From: an uncultured Gammaproteobacteria bacterium | GTDB taxonomy: Bacteria; Patescibacteriota; Microgenomatia; CAYGWK01 | Assembly: GCA_964487495.1 (NCBI GenBank) | Contig: CAZAPL010000033.1 | Span: 1-58,480 of the forward strand | Length of the DNA stretch: 58,480 bases | Direction of reading: 5' to 3' | Shown: one piece after another, positions 36,706-46,761 of the stretch | How positions within the stretch are numbered: position 1 is the stretch's first letter | Layout: each line of letters opens with the position of its first letter | Program-made: the position numbers and the translations under genes | The notes under the pieces: generated by a model | What the model was told of the DNA's origin: nothing | Database searches by the model: none | What the model saw: the letters and a program-made list of their open reading frames with translations, nothing else

Positions 36706-38585
36706 AACCAATAGGAATTGATTTAGGAACCACTAATTCTTGTTGTGCGGTTATGGAAGGCGGAAAACCAAAGGTTATTTTTTCCGCCGAAGGCCGCAAT
36801 GTTTTTCCGTCGGTGGTTGATCCGATTAAGAATTTAGTGGGTGATATTGCTAAAAGACAGATGATTATCAATCCTAAATCGACCATCTATTCAGTTAAGA
36901 GATTAATGGGGCGAAGATTTAAAGACGAATCTGTCCAGTATGATATTAAATTACTTCCTTACAAAGTTTCTGAAGGTCGAGATGGGATGGCGGTAGTGGA
37001 GGTTGAGGGGCGGACCTTTACTCCTCAGGAAATCTCCGCTAAGATTCTTCAAAAAATTAAGACCGATGCCGAATCTTATCTTGGGGGAAAAGTTACCCAA
37101 GCAGTAATTACTGTTCCTGCTTATTTTGATGATTCCCAAAGACAGGCAACCAAGCAGGCAGGAGAAATTGCCGGACTTGAAGTTTTGCGAATTATTAATG
37201 AGCCCACGGCTGCTGCCTTGGCTTACGGTCTTGATAAAAAAGGAGCCCAGACAATTGCTGTTTATGATTTAGGAGGGGGGACTTTTGATATTTCAATTTT
37301 GGAGTTAGGGGAAGGAGTTTATGAGGTTAAGGCAACCAATGGTGATACCCATCTTGGTGGAGATGATTTTGACCAAAAAATCATCGATTTTCTTGCTGAT
37401 GAGTTTAAAAAAGAACACAATATTGATCTAAGAAAAGACCCTCAGGCTCTCCAGCGACTTCGCGATGCCGCCGAGAAGGCAAAAATTGAACTTTCTTCGG
37501 CTCAGGAGACAGAAATAAATCTTCCTTTTATCACTCAAGGTCCGGCCGGTCCACTTCATTTAGTCCAAAAACTAACCCGGGCAAAACTTGAACAATTGGT
37601 TGATGATTTGATTCAAAGGACGATAAAGCCGGTGGAACTTTGTCTTAAAGATGCTAAAAAGAAGGTTTCTGATATTGATGAGGTGATTTTGGTTGGGGGA
37701 ATGACAAGAATGCCAAAGGTCTATGAGACAGTTAAGAAATTCTTTGGTAAAGAACCAAATAGGTCTGTTAATCCTGATGAGGTAGTGGCGGTGGGGGCAG
37801 CAATTCAGGCAGGGGTTTTATCTGGCGAAGTGAAAGATGTGCTTTTATTGGACGTTACTCCTTTGACTTTGGGGATTGAGACTTTAGGAGGAGTAGCTAC
37901 TCCTTTAATTCCTAGAAATACCACTATTCCTACTTCAAAAACTCAGATTTTTTCAACTGCCTCAGATAATCAAACCCAAGTTGAAATAAATGTTTTGCAG
38001 GGAGAGCGGCCGATGGCTCAAGATAATAAATCCTTGGGAAGATTTATTTTAGATGGTATTCCCCCAGCGCCAAGAGGAGTCCCTCAAATTGAGGTTACTT
38101 TTGATATTGATGCCAATGGTATTTTAAATGTTACCGCAAAAGATAAAGCAACTGGCAAATCCCAATCAATAAAAATTACCGGTTCAACCGGGCTTTCTAA
38201 AGAAGAAATAGAAAAAATGACAAAGGAAGCAGAATTGCACGCCGAGGAAGATAGGAGAAGAAGAGAGACTATTGAGGCAAGAAATATAGCCGATAATTTA
38301 GTTTATACTGCTGAAAAAACCTTAAAAGATGTTGGTGATAAAGTTAAACCTGAGGATAAGGAAAAGGTAGAGACAGAAATCAAAAATCTAAAAAGCATTT
38401 TAGAAAAAAGCGAGGCAACAAAAGAAGAGATTGAGGAGGCAGCTAGAAGGCTTTCTGATGAACTTCAAAAAGTTGGGGCAGCAATGTATACCTCTTCGCA
38501 AACAGCAACAGATCAGGAATCACCAAAAACCGAAGAAACAAAAGACGAGAAAAAAGAGGCCGAAGAAGGAGAAGTATTAGACTAA
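36702..38585 (+). CDS. dnaK: molecular chaperone DnaK (Hsp70)
   Basis: [21 protein letters not shown] and VGGMTRMP motifs in a full-length 627-aa protein. Confidence 0.98.
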   Translation: MKPIGIDLGTTNSCCAVMEGGKPKVIFSAEGRNVFPSVVDPIKNLVGDIAKRQMIINPKSTIYSVKRLMGRRFKDESVQYDIKLLPYKVSEGRDGMAVVEVEGRTFTPQEISAKILQKIKTDAESYLGGKVTQAVITVPAYFDDSQRQATKQAGEIAGLEVLRIINEPTAAALAYGLDKKGAQTIAVYDLGGGTFDISILELGEGVYEVKATNGDTHLGGDDFDQKIIDFLADEFKKEHNIDLRKDPQALQRLRDAAEKAKIELSSAQETEINLPFITQGPAGPLHLVQKLTRAKLEQLVDDLIQRTIKPVELCLKDAKKKVSDIDEVILVGGMTRMPKVYETVKKFFGKEPNRSVNPDEVVAVGAAIQAGVLSGEVKDVLLLDVTPLTLGIETLGGVATPLIPRNTTIPTSKTQIFSTASDNQTQVEINVLQGERPMAQDNKSLGRFILDGIPPAPRGVPQIEVTFDIDANGILNVTAKDKATGKSQSIKITGSTGLSKEEIEKMTKEAELHAEEDRRRRETIEARNIADNLVYTAEKTLKDVGDKVKPEDKEKVETEIKNLKSILEKSEATKEEIEEAARRLSDELQKVGAAMYTSSQTATDQESPKTEETKDEKKEAEEGEVLD

Positions 38586-38656
38586 AAATTAAAAAAATAA
38601 AAAAATGAGAAGAAAAGCCGCGTTTGCCGCGGTTTAATTTTGCTAAAATAAAATAT

Positions 38657-39550
38657 ATGCAACCAAAACGCGATTATTATGATGTTTTAGGAATTTCCAG
38701 GAATGCCTCTGAGGAGGAAATCAAGCGGGCCTATCGGAAATTGGCTTTAGAATGGCATCCTGATAGAAATAAATCTCCTGAGGCAGAAAAAAAGTTTAAG
38801 GAGATAAATGAGGCATACGAAGTTTTATCAGATCCGGAGAAGAGGTCCGCTTATGATCAATTTGGTCATGCCGCTTTTGAACCTGGAGGAATGGGAGCGG
38901 GAGGGTTTTCTGGTGGGCCATTTGGAGAAGGGTATACTAGGACTTACCGCCAAGGGCCATTTACTTTTACTTATACTACTTTTGGTAGAGAGTCGCCTTT
39001 TGAAGGTTTTGGATTTGATTTTTCTGATCCGTTTGAAATTTTTGAGCAGTTTTTTGGAACTTCCTCTCCATTTGGGAAACGCCAAAAAATTCCCCGTTAT
39101 GGGCTGACTTTAGATTTTATGGAGGCAGCCAAGGGTTGCGAAAAAGAGATAATGGTTGGGGGAAGGAGGAGAAAAATAAAAATTCCTGCCGGGGTTGATG
39201 ATGGTTCAAGGATTAATTTTGGCGATTTTTATGTGACTATTAATGTTTCTCCCCATCCAATTTTTAAAAGAGATGGATCAGATGTTTACGTTGACGTTTT
39301 GGTTCCTTTTACCCTGGCGATTTTAGGAGGAATGGTGGAGGTTCCAACAATTGATGGGAATTTAAAATTAAGAATTCGGCCTGGGACTCAGCCAGGAACT
39401 TTGGTTAGACTTAGGGGTCGGGGAATAAAGCATCTTCGAGGTTCTGGTCGGGGAGATCAGTATGTTCGCTTAATAGTGACTTTACCTGAAAAATTAACCG
39501 AAGAACAGAAAGAACTCCTGAAAAAATTTGACCAAATTTCTAGATATTGA
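38657..39550 (+). CDS. dnaJ: J-domain co-chaperone, class B (CbpA-like, no zinc-finger domain)
   Basis: DYYDVLGI...HPDRN J domain, a G/F-rich region and C-terminal beta domains. Only one Cys and no CxxCxGxG repeats. ATG at 38657 gives the canonical N-terminus. Confidence 0.88.
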   Translation: MQPKRDYYDVLGISRNASEEEIKRAYRKLALEWHPDRNKSPEAEKKFKEINEAYEVLSDPEKRSAYDQFGHAAFEPGGMGAGGFSGGPFGEGYTRTYRQGPFTFTYTTFGRESPFEGFGFDFSDPFEIFEQFFGTSSPFGKRQKIPRYGLTLDFMEAAKGCEKEIMVGGRRRKIKIPAGVDDGSRINFGDFYVTINVSPHPIFKRDGSDVYVDVLVPFTLAILGGMVEVPTIDGNLKLRIRPGTQPGTLVRLRGRGIKHLRGSGRGDQYVRLIVTLPEKLTEEQKELLKKFDQISRY

Positions 39551-39584
39551 GGTCAGACCTCCTCGGAGGTCAGACCTGGTTTTG
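39550..39584 (+). terminator. intrinsic terminator after dnaJ
   Basis: AGGTCAGACCTC-CTCG-GAGGTCAGACCT forms a 12-bp stem with one central A-A mismatch, followed by GGTTTTG. Confidence 0.65.
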
Positions 39585-39611
39585 AGATTGGTTTTGGAAC
39601 TCACATTTTAT

Positions 39612-39640
39612 TTGACTTCATTTAATCTTCGTGATAAACT
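39612..39640 (+). promoter_or_regulatory. nusA operon promoter TTGACT-17-TAAACT
   Basis: Hexamers at 39612-39617 and 39635-39640 with a 17-nt spacer. Confidence 0.5.
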
Positions 39641-39648
39641 TCTAAATT

Positions 39649-39701
39649 AGGAGGTTTAATTGATTTTTGCTGAGGTGGGAAGAACCCACCTTTTTAGATA
39701 A
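39649..39701 (+). promoter_or_regulatory. nusA leader: AGGAGG, 13-codon mini-ORF and embedded terminator-like hairpin (candidate attenuator)
   Basis: AGGAGG at 39649-39654, then a TTG at 39660 opening an ORF that ends at TAA 39699-39701. Hairpin GGTGGG-AAGAA-CCCACC at 39674-39690 is followed by TTTTT. Confidence 0.4.
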
Positions 39702-39715
39702 AAAATTAAAAATTT

Positions 39716-40696
39716 ATGCCTTACATATCAAGAAGCGAATTTGCCGTTGCTCTTTCTCAGGTTGCAAATGAGCGTGGAATTAAACCTGAGGTTGTTTTGG
39801 AAACCATAAAAGCGGCGATTTTAGCCGCTTATCGTCGTGATGCCCGCGAAAGGGGTTTGGCAGTTTCCGAGGAAGAATTGGAGGTTGAGGTTGATCCAAA
39901 AACTGGCGAGGCAAGGATTTTTCAAAAAGAAGAGGAAGGAAGAAAAGATATTACTCCTCCGGGCTTTGGGCGAATTGCCGCCCAAACAGCCAAACAGGTT
40001 ATTTTGCAAAAAATTCGTGAAGCGGAAAAGAATGCGATTCTTGAGGAATTTTCAGGGAGAGTGGGAAACATTATTTCCGGGATTATCCTTCGGTTTGATG
40101 GTCCAAATATATTAGTGGAGATAGGGAAAGCAGAGGCAATTATGCCTCCTCAGGAGCAGGTTAAATCAGAAAACTATAAAATAGGGCAGAGACTAACATT
40201 TTACATTAAAGAAATAAAAGAAGGAGCACGTGGTCAGCAGCAGATTATTGTTTCTCGAACTGATGAAGGTTTGGTTGAAGGGCTTTTTAGACATGAAGTT
40301 CCTGAGATTTCTTCTGGCGCAGTAGAGATTAAGGCTATTGCTCGTGAGCCAGGTTCAAGAACCAAAATTGCCGTTTTTTCCAAGCAGGCGGGTATTGACC
40401 CAGTGGGATCCTGCGTTGGTCAAAAGGGAATAAGAGTTCAACAGGTTATTAACGAGTTAGGCGGAGAAAAGATTGATGTTATTCAATACAGTGATGACCC
40501 GAAAAAATTTATTGCCGCTTCGCTTTCTCCGGCAGAAAATTTACGGGTAGAAATTAAGAAGAAGAATGCTTTAGTGTTTGTTTCCGAGGATCAACTTTCT
40601 TTGGCTATAGGAAAAGAAGGACAGAATGTAAGATTGGCGGCTAAGTTGACTGGTTTTAAGATTGATATTGAGAAGGAAGAGGAAAAAAGTGATTAA
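39716..40696 (+). CDS. nusA: transcription termination/antitermination factor NusA
   Basis: N-terminal domain, S1 (GNIISGIILRFDGPNILVEIG) and two KH domains (GSCVGQKGIRVQ; AIGKEGQNVRLAAKLTG). Confidence 0.93.
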   Translation: MPYISRSEFAVALSQVANERGIKPEVVLETIKAAILAAYRRDARERGLAVSEEELEVEVDPKTGEARIFQKEEEGRKDITPPGFGRIAAQTAKQVILQKIREAEKNAILEEFSGRVGNIISGIILRFDGPNILVEIGKAEAIMPPQEQVKSENYKIGQRLTFYIKEIKEGARGQQQIIVSRTDEGLVEGLFRHEVPEISSGAVEIKAIAREPGSRTKIAVFSKQAGIDPVGSCVGQKGIRVQQVINELGGEKIDVIQYSDDPKKFIAASLSPAENLRVEIKKKNALVFVSEDQLSLAIGKEGQNVRLAAKLTGFKIDIEKEEEKSD

Positions 40697-40748
40697 TTTA
40701 AAAAGAGATAAAAAACACTCTTAGAAAATAGAAAAAAAGTGAGAAAAG

Positions 40749-42191
40749 ATGAATCTTCAGAAAGGGAACAGAGAAAAGGCAGAGTTTTTTTTGAGGCCGC
40801 CTGTGGTTGCGGTTTTAGGTCATGTTGATCATGGGAAAACTACCCTTCTTGATTTTATTAGGAAAACCAATATTGCCCAGAAGGAAGCGGGGGGAATTAC
40901 TCAAAAGATTGGGGCTTACCAAGTAGAGGTTGATTCTCGAAAAATTACTTTCATTGATACCCCAGGTCATCAGGCTTTCTCTAAAATGCGTTCTCGGGGG
41001 GCCCAGGTAGCAGATTTGGTGGTTTTAGTGGTGGCTGCCGATGATGGCGTTATGCCGCAAACAATAGAATCTTTAGACCATATAAATAAAGCCGGCGTTC
41101 CTTTTTTGGTTGCAATTACAAAAGTTGATCTCCCCGGAATAAACCTTGAAAAAGTTAAAAAACAATTATTTGAGAATGGGATTAATATTGAGGAATATGG
41201 AGGAGATGTTGTTTGTCTGCCAGTTTCTGCAAAGACCGGCCAAGGAATAAAAGACTTACTCGAGATTATTATTCTTTTGGCGGAAATGAAGGATATAAAA
41301 GCGTCCCTTTCTGGTCCTTTAGAGGCGATAGTAATTGAGTCAAAATTAGAAAAGGCTGGACCAGTTGGAACAGTAATTGTCAAAAATGGAGTTTTAAGGG
41401 TAGGAGAACAGATTTTAGTTGAGGATGTGCAGGCTAAAATTCGGCGTATGATTGACGAGAATGGGAAAGATTTGAAAGAGGCTTTACCTGGTCAGCCGGT
41501 TGAGATTATTGGCTTTACAAAACCTCCCCCAATTGGGGCAAAAGTTTTTAAAATTGAGAAGTTTAAAGAGGAAGAAAAAATTTCTCAGGATAAGTTAGTA
41601 AAAATTGAAATTCCCAAGGAAGCAAAAGAAAAAATAAAAATTATTCTTCGGGGCGATAATAAAGGTAGTCTTGAAGCAATAAAAGAAAATCTCCCCGAGG
41701 ATGTTTTTGTTACTTATTCTGAGGTGGGAGATATTTCTGAATCAGATGTTTTTTTAGCCCAGGCAATCAAGGCGAAAATTTTTGGTTTTAACGTAAAAAT
41801 TCCTTCAGAAACAGAAAAATTAGCAAAGGCGGAAAGGGTGGAAGTTAAAATTTACAAAATTATTTATGAACTTTTAGAAGATTTAGCCAAGGAAGGATTG
41901 AAGAAAGCCATGGGTGAGGAAGAAAAAAAAGTTTTGGGTAAGGCGGTGATTCTTAAAGAGTTTAATATTTCAGGAGTTAGAATTGCCGGTTGTAAAGTTT
42001 TAGAAGGAAGAATAAATAAGGCGGATGAAATAGTGATTCAAAGAAATGATAAGGAAATTAGAAGAGTTAAAATTCAATCAATGAAGCATCAGAAAACAGA
42101 AATCTCCGAGGCTCAAAAAGACGAAGAGTTTGGGATAGTCTTTTCTCCTCCATTTGACTTTAGGGTTGGCGATGTGTTAAAATCCTACTAG
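40749..42191 (+). CDS. infB: translation initiation factor IF-2 (minimal form)
   Basis: RPPVVAVLGHVDHGKTTLLD begins at about residue 15, followed by DTPGH and TKVD motifs and the C-terminal domains. No N-terminal extension. Confidence 0.92.
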   Translation: MNLQKGNREKAEFFLRPPVVAVLGHVDHGKTTLLDFIRKTNIAQKEAGGITQKIGAYQVEVDSRKITFIDTPGHQAFSKMRSRGAQVADLVVLVVAADDGVMPQTIESLDHINKAGVPFLVAITKVDLPGINLEKVKKQLFENGINIEEYGGDVVCLPVSAKTGQGIKDLLEIIILLAEMKDIKASLSGPLEAIVIESKLEKAGPVGTVIVKNGVLRVGEQILVEDVQAKIRRMIDENGKDLKEALPGQPVEIIGFTKPPPIGAKVFKIEKFKEEEKISQDKLVKIEIPKEAKEKIKIILRGDNKGSLEAIKENLPEDVFVTYSEVGDISESDVFLAQAIKAKIFGFNVKIPSETEKLAKAERVEVKIYKIIYELLEDLAKEGLKKAMGEEEKKVLGKAVILKEFNISGVRIAGCKVLEGRINKADEIVIQRNDKEIRRVKIQSMKHQKTEISEAQKDEEFGIVFSPPFDFRVGDVLKSY

Positions 42192-42243
42192 TTTATTTTT
42201 AATTTGAACTTCGGTATAGATAGAAACTGCCCCGAAAATTATT

Positions 42244-43110
42244 ATGAAAGATTATCCTTTTACTCAGATTAAAGAGCTTTTCGACTCTGCCAAAAATATC
42301 TTAATTTGTCTTCCTCGAAAAGTTTCCTTTGATCAGGTAGCCGCCGCTCTTTCTTTATATCTAAGTTTTGGGAAAACCCAAAAAAATGTTAGCATTGTTG
42401 CTCCAGAGCCAATGACAGTTGGGTTTTCTCATTTAGTAGGAGTGAATAAAATTAAAGATAAAATCGTAGGGACAAATTTAGTTTTAACGATTCAAACCCC
42501 AATTGAAAACATCGATAAGGTTTCTTCTAAAGACGACGGGAAGTATTTAAGTTTAATAATTATTCCCAAAAATGGAGCCTCGCCAATTACTCCCGAGCAA
42601 ATTTCTTTTACTCAGGCAGGCAATGGTTTTGATTTAATTTTTACTATTGGCGCAAGGAAACTTGAAGAATTAGGAAAAATTTATTTGGAAAATCAAGAAA
42701 CCTTTAATACTAAACCCATAATTAATATTGATAATAACAGCCAAAATATCAGTTTTGGTACCCTTAATTTAGTTGATTTAAGCGCCTCTTCTTGTTCAGA
42801 AATTGTGGCTTTCCTTATTTCAGGGTTAGGACTTCCAACTGACGGAGACATTGGTTCTAATTTATTTTTGGGTCTTAAAGAGGAAACAAAAAATTTTCAA
42901 TCTGAGAGGGTTTCGGCAGAGACATTTGAGGCGGCGGCTTTTTCTTTAAGGATTGGGGGGAGTTTTAAGGGGATGGAGTCAAAAATAGGAGAGACAAAAC
43001 CTGGGGCGCCGGCAACAGAAAAACCAGTTGAAGAGAAAAAACCTTCACCCTCCCAGCCTCCTCAGGAATGGCTTGAGCCAAAAATTTATAAAGGTTCCAC
43101 TATTCCTTAA
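42244..43110 (+). CDS. DHH/NrnA-like protein lacking recognisable catalytic motifs, with Pro/Glu-rich tail
   Basis: Its position between infB and rpsO matches nrnA synteny in Gram-positives, and the ILICLPRKVSFDQVAAALSLYL segment resembles DHH motif I topology. No DxD, DHH or GGGH motifs are present. Homology is unverified. Confidence 0.35.
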   Translation: MKDYPFTQIKELFDSAKNILICLPRKVSFDQVAAALSLYLSFGKTQKNVSIVAPEPMTVGFSHLVGVNKIKDKIVGTNLVLTIQTPIENIDKVSSKDDGKYLSLIIIPKNGASPITPEQISFTQAGNGFDLIFTIGARKLEELGKIYLENQETFNTKPIINIDNNSQNISFGTLNLVDLSASSCSEIVAFLISGLGLPTDGDIGSNLFLGLKEETKNFQSERVSAETFEAAAFSLRIGGSFKGMESKIGETKPGAPATEKPVEEKKPSPSQPPQEWLEPKIYKGSTIP

Positions 43111-43120
43111 AAATTTATTC

Positions 43121-43149
43121 TTGCGGAATAACCCTCCTTTTGTTATAAT
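43121..43149 (+). promoter_or_regulatory. rpsO promoter TTGCGG-17-TATAAT with TGn extension, 6 nt upstream of the ATG
   Basis: TGTTATAAT at 43141-43149, ATG at 43156. Confidence 0.5.
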
Positions 43150-43155
43150 TTTTTT

Positions 43156-43425
43156 ATGTCTTTGAAAGCAGAAGAAAAAAAGAAAATAATTGAAAAGTTT
43201 GCCACTGTCAAAGGAGACACAGGTAGTCCTGAAGTTCAAATTGCTCTTTTGACAGAAAAAATTAATAAGTTAGTTGAGCATCTTAAAACCCACAAAAAAG
43301 ATGTTCATTCTCGTCGCGGGCTTTTATCAATGGTTTCTAAAAGAAGAAGACTTCTTTCTTATCTTTTAAAAAAAGACGAAAATCGTTATAAAAAATTAAT
43401 TGATCTTTTAGGACTTCAAAAGTAG
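43156..43425 (+). CDS. rpsO: 30S ribosomal protein S15
   Basis: 89 aa with [38 protein letters not shown]. Confidence 0.95.
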   Translation: MSLKAEEKKKIIEKFATVKGDTGSPEVQIALLTEKINKLVEHLKTHKKDVHSRRGLLSMVSKRRRLLSYLLKKDENRYKKLIDLLGLQK

Positions 43426-43432
43426 TTATCCA

Positions 43433-45550
43433 GTGGAAAAAATCTCTAAATCGATAGAAATCGGCGGAAGAACTTTAACTTTGGAAACTGGGGCGTTGGC
43501 TTTTCAGGCAAGGTCGGCAGTTTTGGCTCGTTATGGAGATACAGAAGTTTTAGCAGCAGTATGTTGTGGTGCAGAAAGAGAAGATATAGATTATCTTCCT
43601 TTGGATATTGAATATATAGAAAGACTTTATGCGGGAGGGAGAATTAAGGGTTCTCGTTGGGTAAAAAGAGAAGGGCGGCCTTCTGATGAAGCCATTTTAG
43701 CCGGTAGATTGGTTGATCGTTCTCTTCGGCCTCTTTTTCCCAAGAATTTTTTAAATGAAACCCAAATAACAATTACCGTTCTCTCGGTAGATCTCGAGAA
43801 TAGTCCGGATATTGTTTCCGTTATTGCCGCCTCAGCGGCGCTTTCCATATCCGACATTCCTTGGAATGGGCCAGTGGGGACAGTTAGAGTAGGATTTAAA
43901 GATGGAAAATGTTTCGTAAATCCCGTAAATGGAGAATTGGAATTTTCTGATTTAGATTTAATAGTTTCTTCAACTTCAGAGAAAGTAGTAATGCTTGAAT
44001 GTGCGGCTAATCAAGTTCCTGAGGATAAATTTTTAGAGGCGATAAATTTTGGTAAAAACGAGGCTTTAAAAATTATTGAATTAATTTCCTCTTTGGCAAA
44101 GGAAGTAGGGATTGAAAAACAGAAAATTAAGGAGGAAAAAGTTAATTCTGAGCTTAAAAAAAGAGTCGAGAAAGAACTTTTAGGTGCCTTTGATCTTATT
44201 TTTTCAGATAAAAAAGAACCTTTTGAGATAAAACAAGCGATTTTAGAAAAATTTTCTGATGAGAAGAAAAAAGAAGTTGGGAGGATTTTCGAAGAGACGT
44301 TTAGAAAAACAGTCAGAAAGAAGGTTCTTGAAGGAAAAAGAATTGATAGAAGAGTTCCGGATGAGATAAGACCAATTGAGATTGAGGTTGGTCTTTTACC
44401 GCGAACCCATGGAAGTGCCCTTTTTTCTCGGGGGCAAACCCAAGTTTTGACGGTAACTACCCTGGGGAGTCCCTCTTTAGAACAGTTAATAGAAAGTCCA
44501 GAAGGAGAGGCGACTAAAAGATTTATTCATCATTATAGTATGCCTCCATATTCTATAGGAGAAGTGGGGAAATTAGTAGGTCCTTCTCGTCGAGAAATCG
44601 GCCACGGTGCCTTGGCAGAGAAGGCTTTGGAACCGGTGATTCCTTTGGAGGATAAATTTCCTTATACGATTCGTTTAGTTTCTGAGGTTTTATCCTCAAA
44701 TGGGTCAACTTCTATGGCTTCGGTTTGTGCTTCGACTTTATCTTTAATGGATGCTGGTGTTCCAATATCTGATCCTGTTGCTGGCGTTGCTATGGGGTTA
44801 GTAACTGATCAGGAGGGAAAATTTATTATTTTAACCGATATTACAGGAATTGAGGATTTCACCGGTGATATGGATTTTAAAATTGCTGGGACAAAGAAAG
44901 GAATTACCGCTGTTCAATTGGATGTTAAAATTCCCGGTCTTGAGGAAAACATAATAAAAGAAACTTTGGAAAAGGCCTATCAGGCAAGGATAAAAATTCT
45001 TGAAAAGATGTCTCAAGTTTTGGATAAGCCTCGAGAAAAGCTTTCTCAATATGCCCCTCGGGTTTTAGTTTTGCATCTTGACCCAGAGCAAATTGGCGAT
45101 ATTATTGGTCCTGGGGGAAAGACTATTAGAAGAATTATGGCAGAAACCGGCGCAACGGTTGATGTTGAGGATGAAGGTACAGTTAACATTTCGGGCATTG
45201 ACGGAGATTCGGTAGAAAAAGCAGCGCAAATGATTAGAGGTTTAGTCCGGGAGGTTAAGCCTGGCGAGATCTATGAGGGAGTAGTTAAAAGAATTCAACC
45301 CTTTGGAGTGTTTGTCGAGATTTTGCCAGGAAAAGAAGGATTAGTCCACGTTTCTCAAATGGGAAGTGGTTTTGTTAAAAATCCGGCAGAAATTGTTTCA
45401 GTTGGTCAGAAGGTTAAAGTGAGGGTAATAGAAATAGATGAAATGAAAAGGATTAATCTTTCAATGGTTTTTGATAAATTTAGAAAAAGAGAACCAAGGC
45501 CTTTAAGAAAAAAGACTTCTCTTTTCTCCCAACGTAGGTTAAAATGGTAA
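43433..45550 (+). CDS. pnp: polyribonucleotide nucleotidyltransferase (PNPase)
   Basis: Two RNase PH domains, a KH domain (GPGGKTIRRI) and an S1 domain (GEIYEGVVKRIQPFGVFVEI). GTG start. Confidence 0.96.
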   Translation: MEKISKSIEIGGRTLTLETGALAFQARSAVLARYGDTEVLAAVCCGAEREDIDYLPLDIEYIERLYAGGRIKGSRWVKREGRPSDEAILAGRLVDRSLRPLFPKNFLNETQITITVLSVDLENSPDIVSVIAASAALSISDIPWNGPVGTVRVGFKDGKCFVNPVNGELEFSDLDLIVSSTSEKVVMLECAANQVPEDKFLEAINFGKNEALKIIELISSLAKEVGIEKQKIKEEKVNSELKKRVEKELLGAFDLIFSDKKEPFEIKQAILEKFSDEKKKEVGRIFEETFRKTVRKKVLEGKRIDRRVPDEIRPIEIEVGLLPRTHGSALFSRGQTQVLTVTTLGSPSLEQLIESPEGEATKRFIHHYSMPPYSIGEVGKLVGPSRREIGHGALAEKALEPVIPLEDKFPYTIRLVSEVLSSNGSTSMASVCASTLSLMDAGVPISDPVAGVAMGLVTDQEGKFIILTDITGIEDFTGDMDFKIAGTKKGITAVQLDVKIPGLEENIIKETLEKAYQARIKILEKMSQVLDKPREKLSQYAPRVLVLHLDPEQIGDIIGPGGKTIRRIMAETGATVDVEDEGTVNISGIDGDSVEKAAQMIRGLVREVKPGEIYEGVVKRIQPFGVFVEILPGKEGLVHVSQMGSGFVKNPAEIVSVGQKVKVRVIEIDEMKRINLSMVFDKFRKREPRPLRKKTSLFSQRRLKW

Positions 45551-45561
45551 TATTGATTTAG

Positions 45562-46638
45562 ATGGTGGAAAAAACACTTTTTAAAGAAATAGAAAAAGTT
45601 GAAGAAATTGTTCAAAAGGCAACCCTTCCTTTCGAACTTAAAGAGAAACTTCAGGAAGAAATTTTGAGATTAAGAAGATTAAGTCAATCGGGAGATTTTA
45701 TTAAAGAATATACTCGATTTTCTTCTTACGTTGAATGGGTAGTTAATTTACCATGGGCAAAAAGAAGTGATGATATCCTCGATTTAGATTTTGCCAGAAA
45801 AATTTTGGATAGAAATCATTATGGTCTTAAGCCCATTAAGGAAAGAGTTTTAGAATATTTGGCAGTTTTAAAACTTAAAAGGGATCAAAAGAGATCAAAA
45901 AAAGACGAGGAGACAATATTGAAATTTATGAGAGCGCCAATTCTTTGTTTTGTAGGTTTGGTAGGGACAGGAAAAACCACTATTGCCTATTCGATTGCCG
46001 AGGCAATGGGGAGAAGGTTTGTAAGAATTCCTTTTGGCGGAATGGGAGATCCTCTTTATCTTCGAGGGCAATCAAGAGTTCATCCTGATGCTGAGCCGGG
46101 GCAGATAATTAAGGCCTTAAGGCGGGCGGGGACAAAAAATCCTGTAATTTTACTTGATGAAATTGATCGGGTAGTTGAGGAGAGCCGAACAACTATAATG
46201 GGAGTTTTGGTGGAACTTCTTGATCCGGAACAAAATATGGCCTTTGTTGATCATTTCATAGATTTCCCTTTTGATTTATCAGAGGTTTTGTTTATTGCTA
46301 CCGCAAATAACACCGTCAATATTTCTACAGCGGTTTTAGATAGACTTGAACCAATGATGATGCCTTCTTATACCGATGAAGAAAAGATTGTTATTGGGAA
46401 AGATTATGTTTTACCAAAGGCGATGGAAGAAGCGGGTTTAACCAAGGAAAATCTTAGAATAAGCGAGGGAGTTTGGCCAAAAATTGTTAGGCCCTTAGGA
46501 TATGATGCCGGAGTAAGAACTTTAGAAAGAACAATTAGCGGAATTTGTCGAAAGGTAGCCAAAATGATTGTTGAAAAAAAGGGAGAAAAATTTTATATAA
46601 CTGAAGAAAATATTAAAGATTTTCTCCCTAGCTGGTAA
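45562..46638 (+). CDS. Lon-like AAA+ ATPase module without N-terminal substrate domain or S16 protease domain
   Basis: YVEWVVNLPW...DHYGLKPIKERVLEYLAV, Walker A GLVGTGKTT, Walker B ILLDEIDR, FIATAN and LDRLE motifs are collinear with the central third of Lon. It ends at 358 aa and the next gene is a UDG. Confidence 0.75.
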   Translation: MVEKTLFKEIEKVEEIVQKATLPFELKEKLQEEILRLRRLSQSGDFIKEYTRFSSYVEWVVNLPWAKRSDDILDLDFARKILDRNHYGLKPIKERVLEYLAVLKLKRDQKRSKKDEETILKFMRAPILCFVGLVGTGKTTIAYSIAEAMGRRFVRIPFGGMGDPLYLRGQSRVHPDAEPGQIIKALRRAGTKNPVILLDEIDRVVEESRTTIMGVLVELLDPEQNMAFVDHFIDFPFDLSEVLFIATANNTVNISTAVLDRLEPMMMPSYTDEEKIVIGKDYVLPKAMEEAGLTKENLRISEGVWPKIVRPLGYDAGVRTLERTISGICRKVAKMIVEKKGEKFYITEENIKDFLPSW

Positions 46639-46761
46639 TTATCTAGGGTAGTTTAATTAATTAAAGTGAATAAGAAAAAGATGGCAGAGGTTTTAAAAAT
46701 TTTGGTATTAGGGGGTGGAATAATTTGAAAGATAAAAAATTCCTCGGGTTGAGTTTAGCGA

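Noticed and set aside
38808-39107. Alternative-frame ORFs inside dnaJ (38808-39107 +, 38828-39085 -)
   Set aside because: They overlap the G/F-rich region of a well-supported J-protein frame and have no independent signals.
46681-46728. 15-codon mini-ORF MAEVLKILVLGGGII resembling the start of a Rossmann-fold protein, in the Lon-like/UDG gap
   Set aside because: It is too short to evaluate and stops immediately. It could be a gene remnant, but nothing downstream continues the frame.
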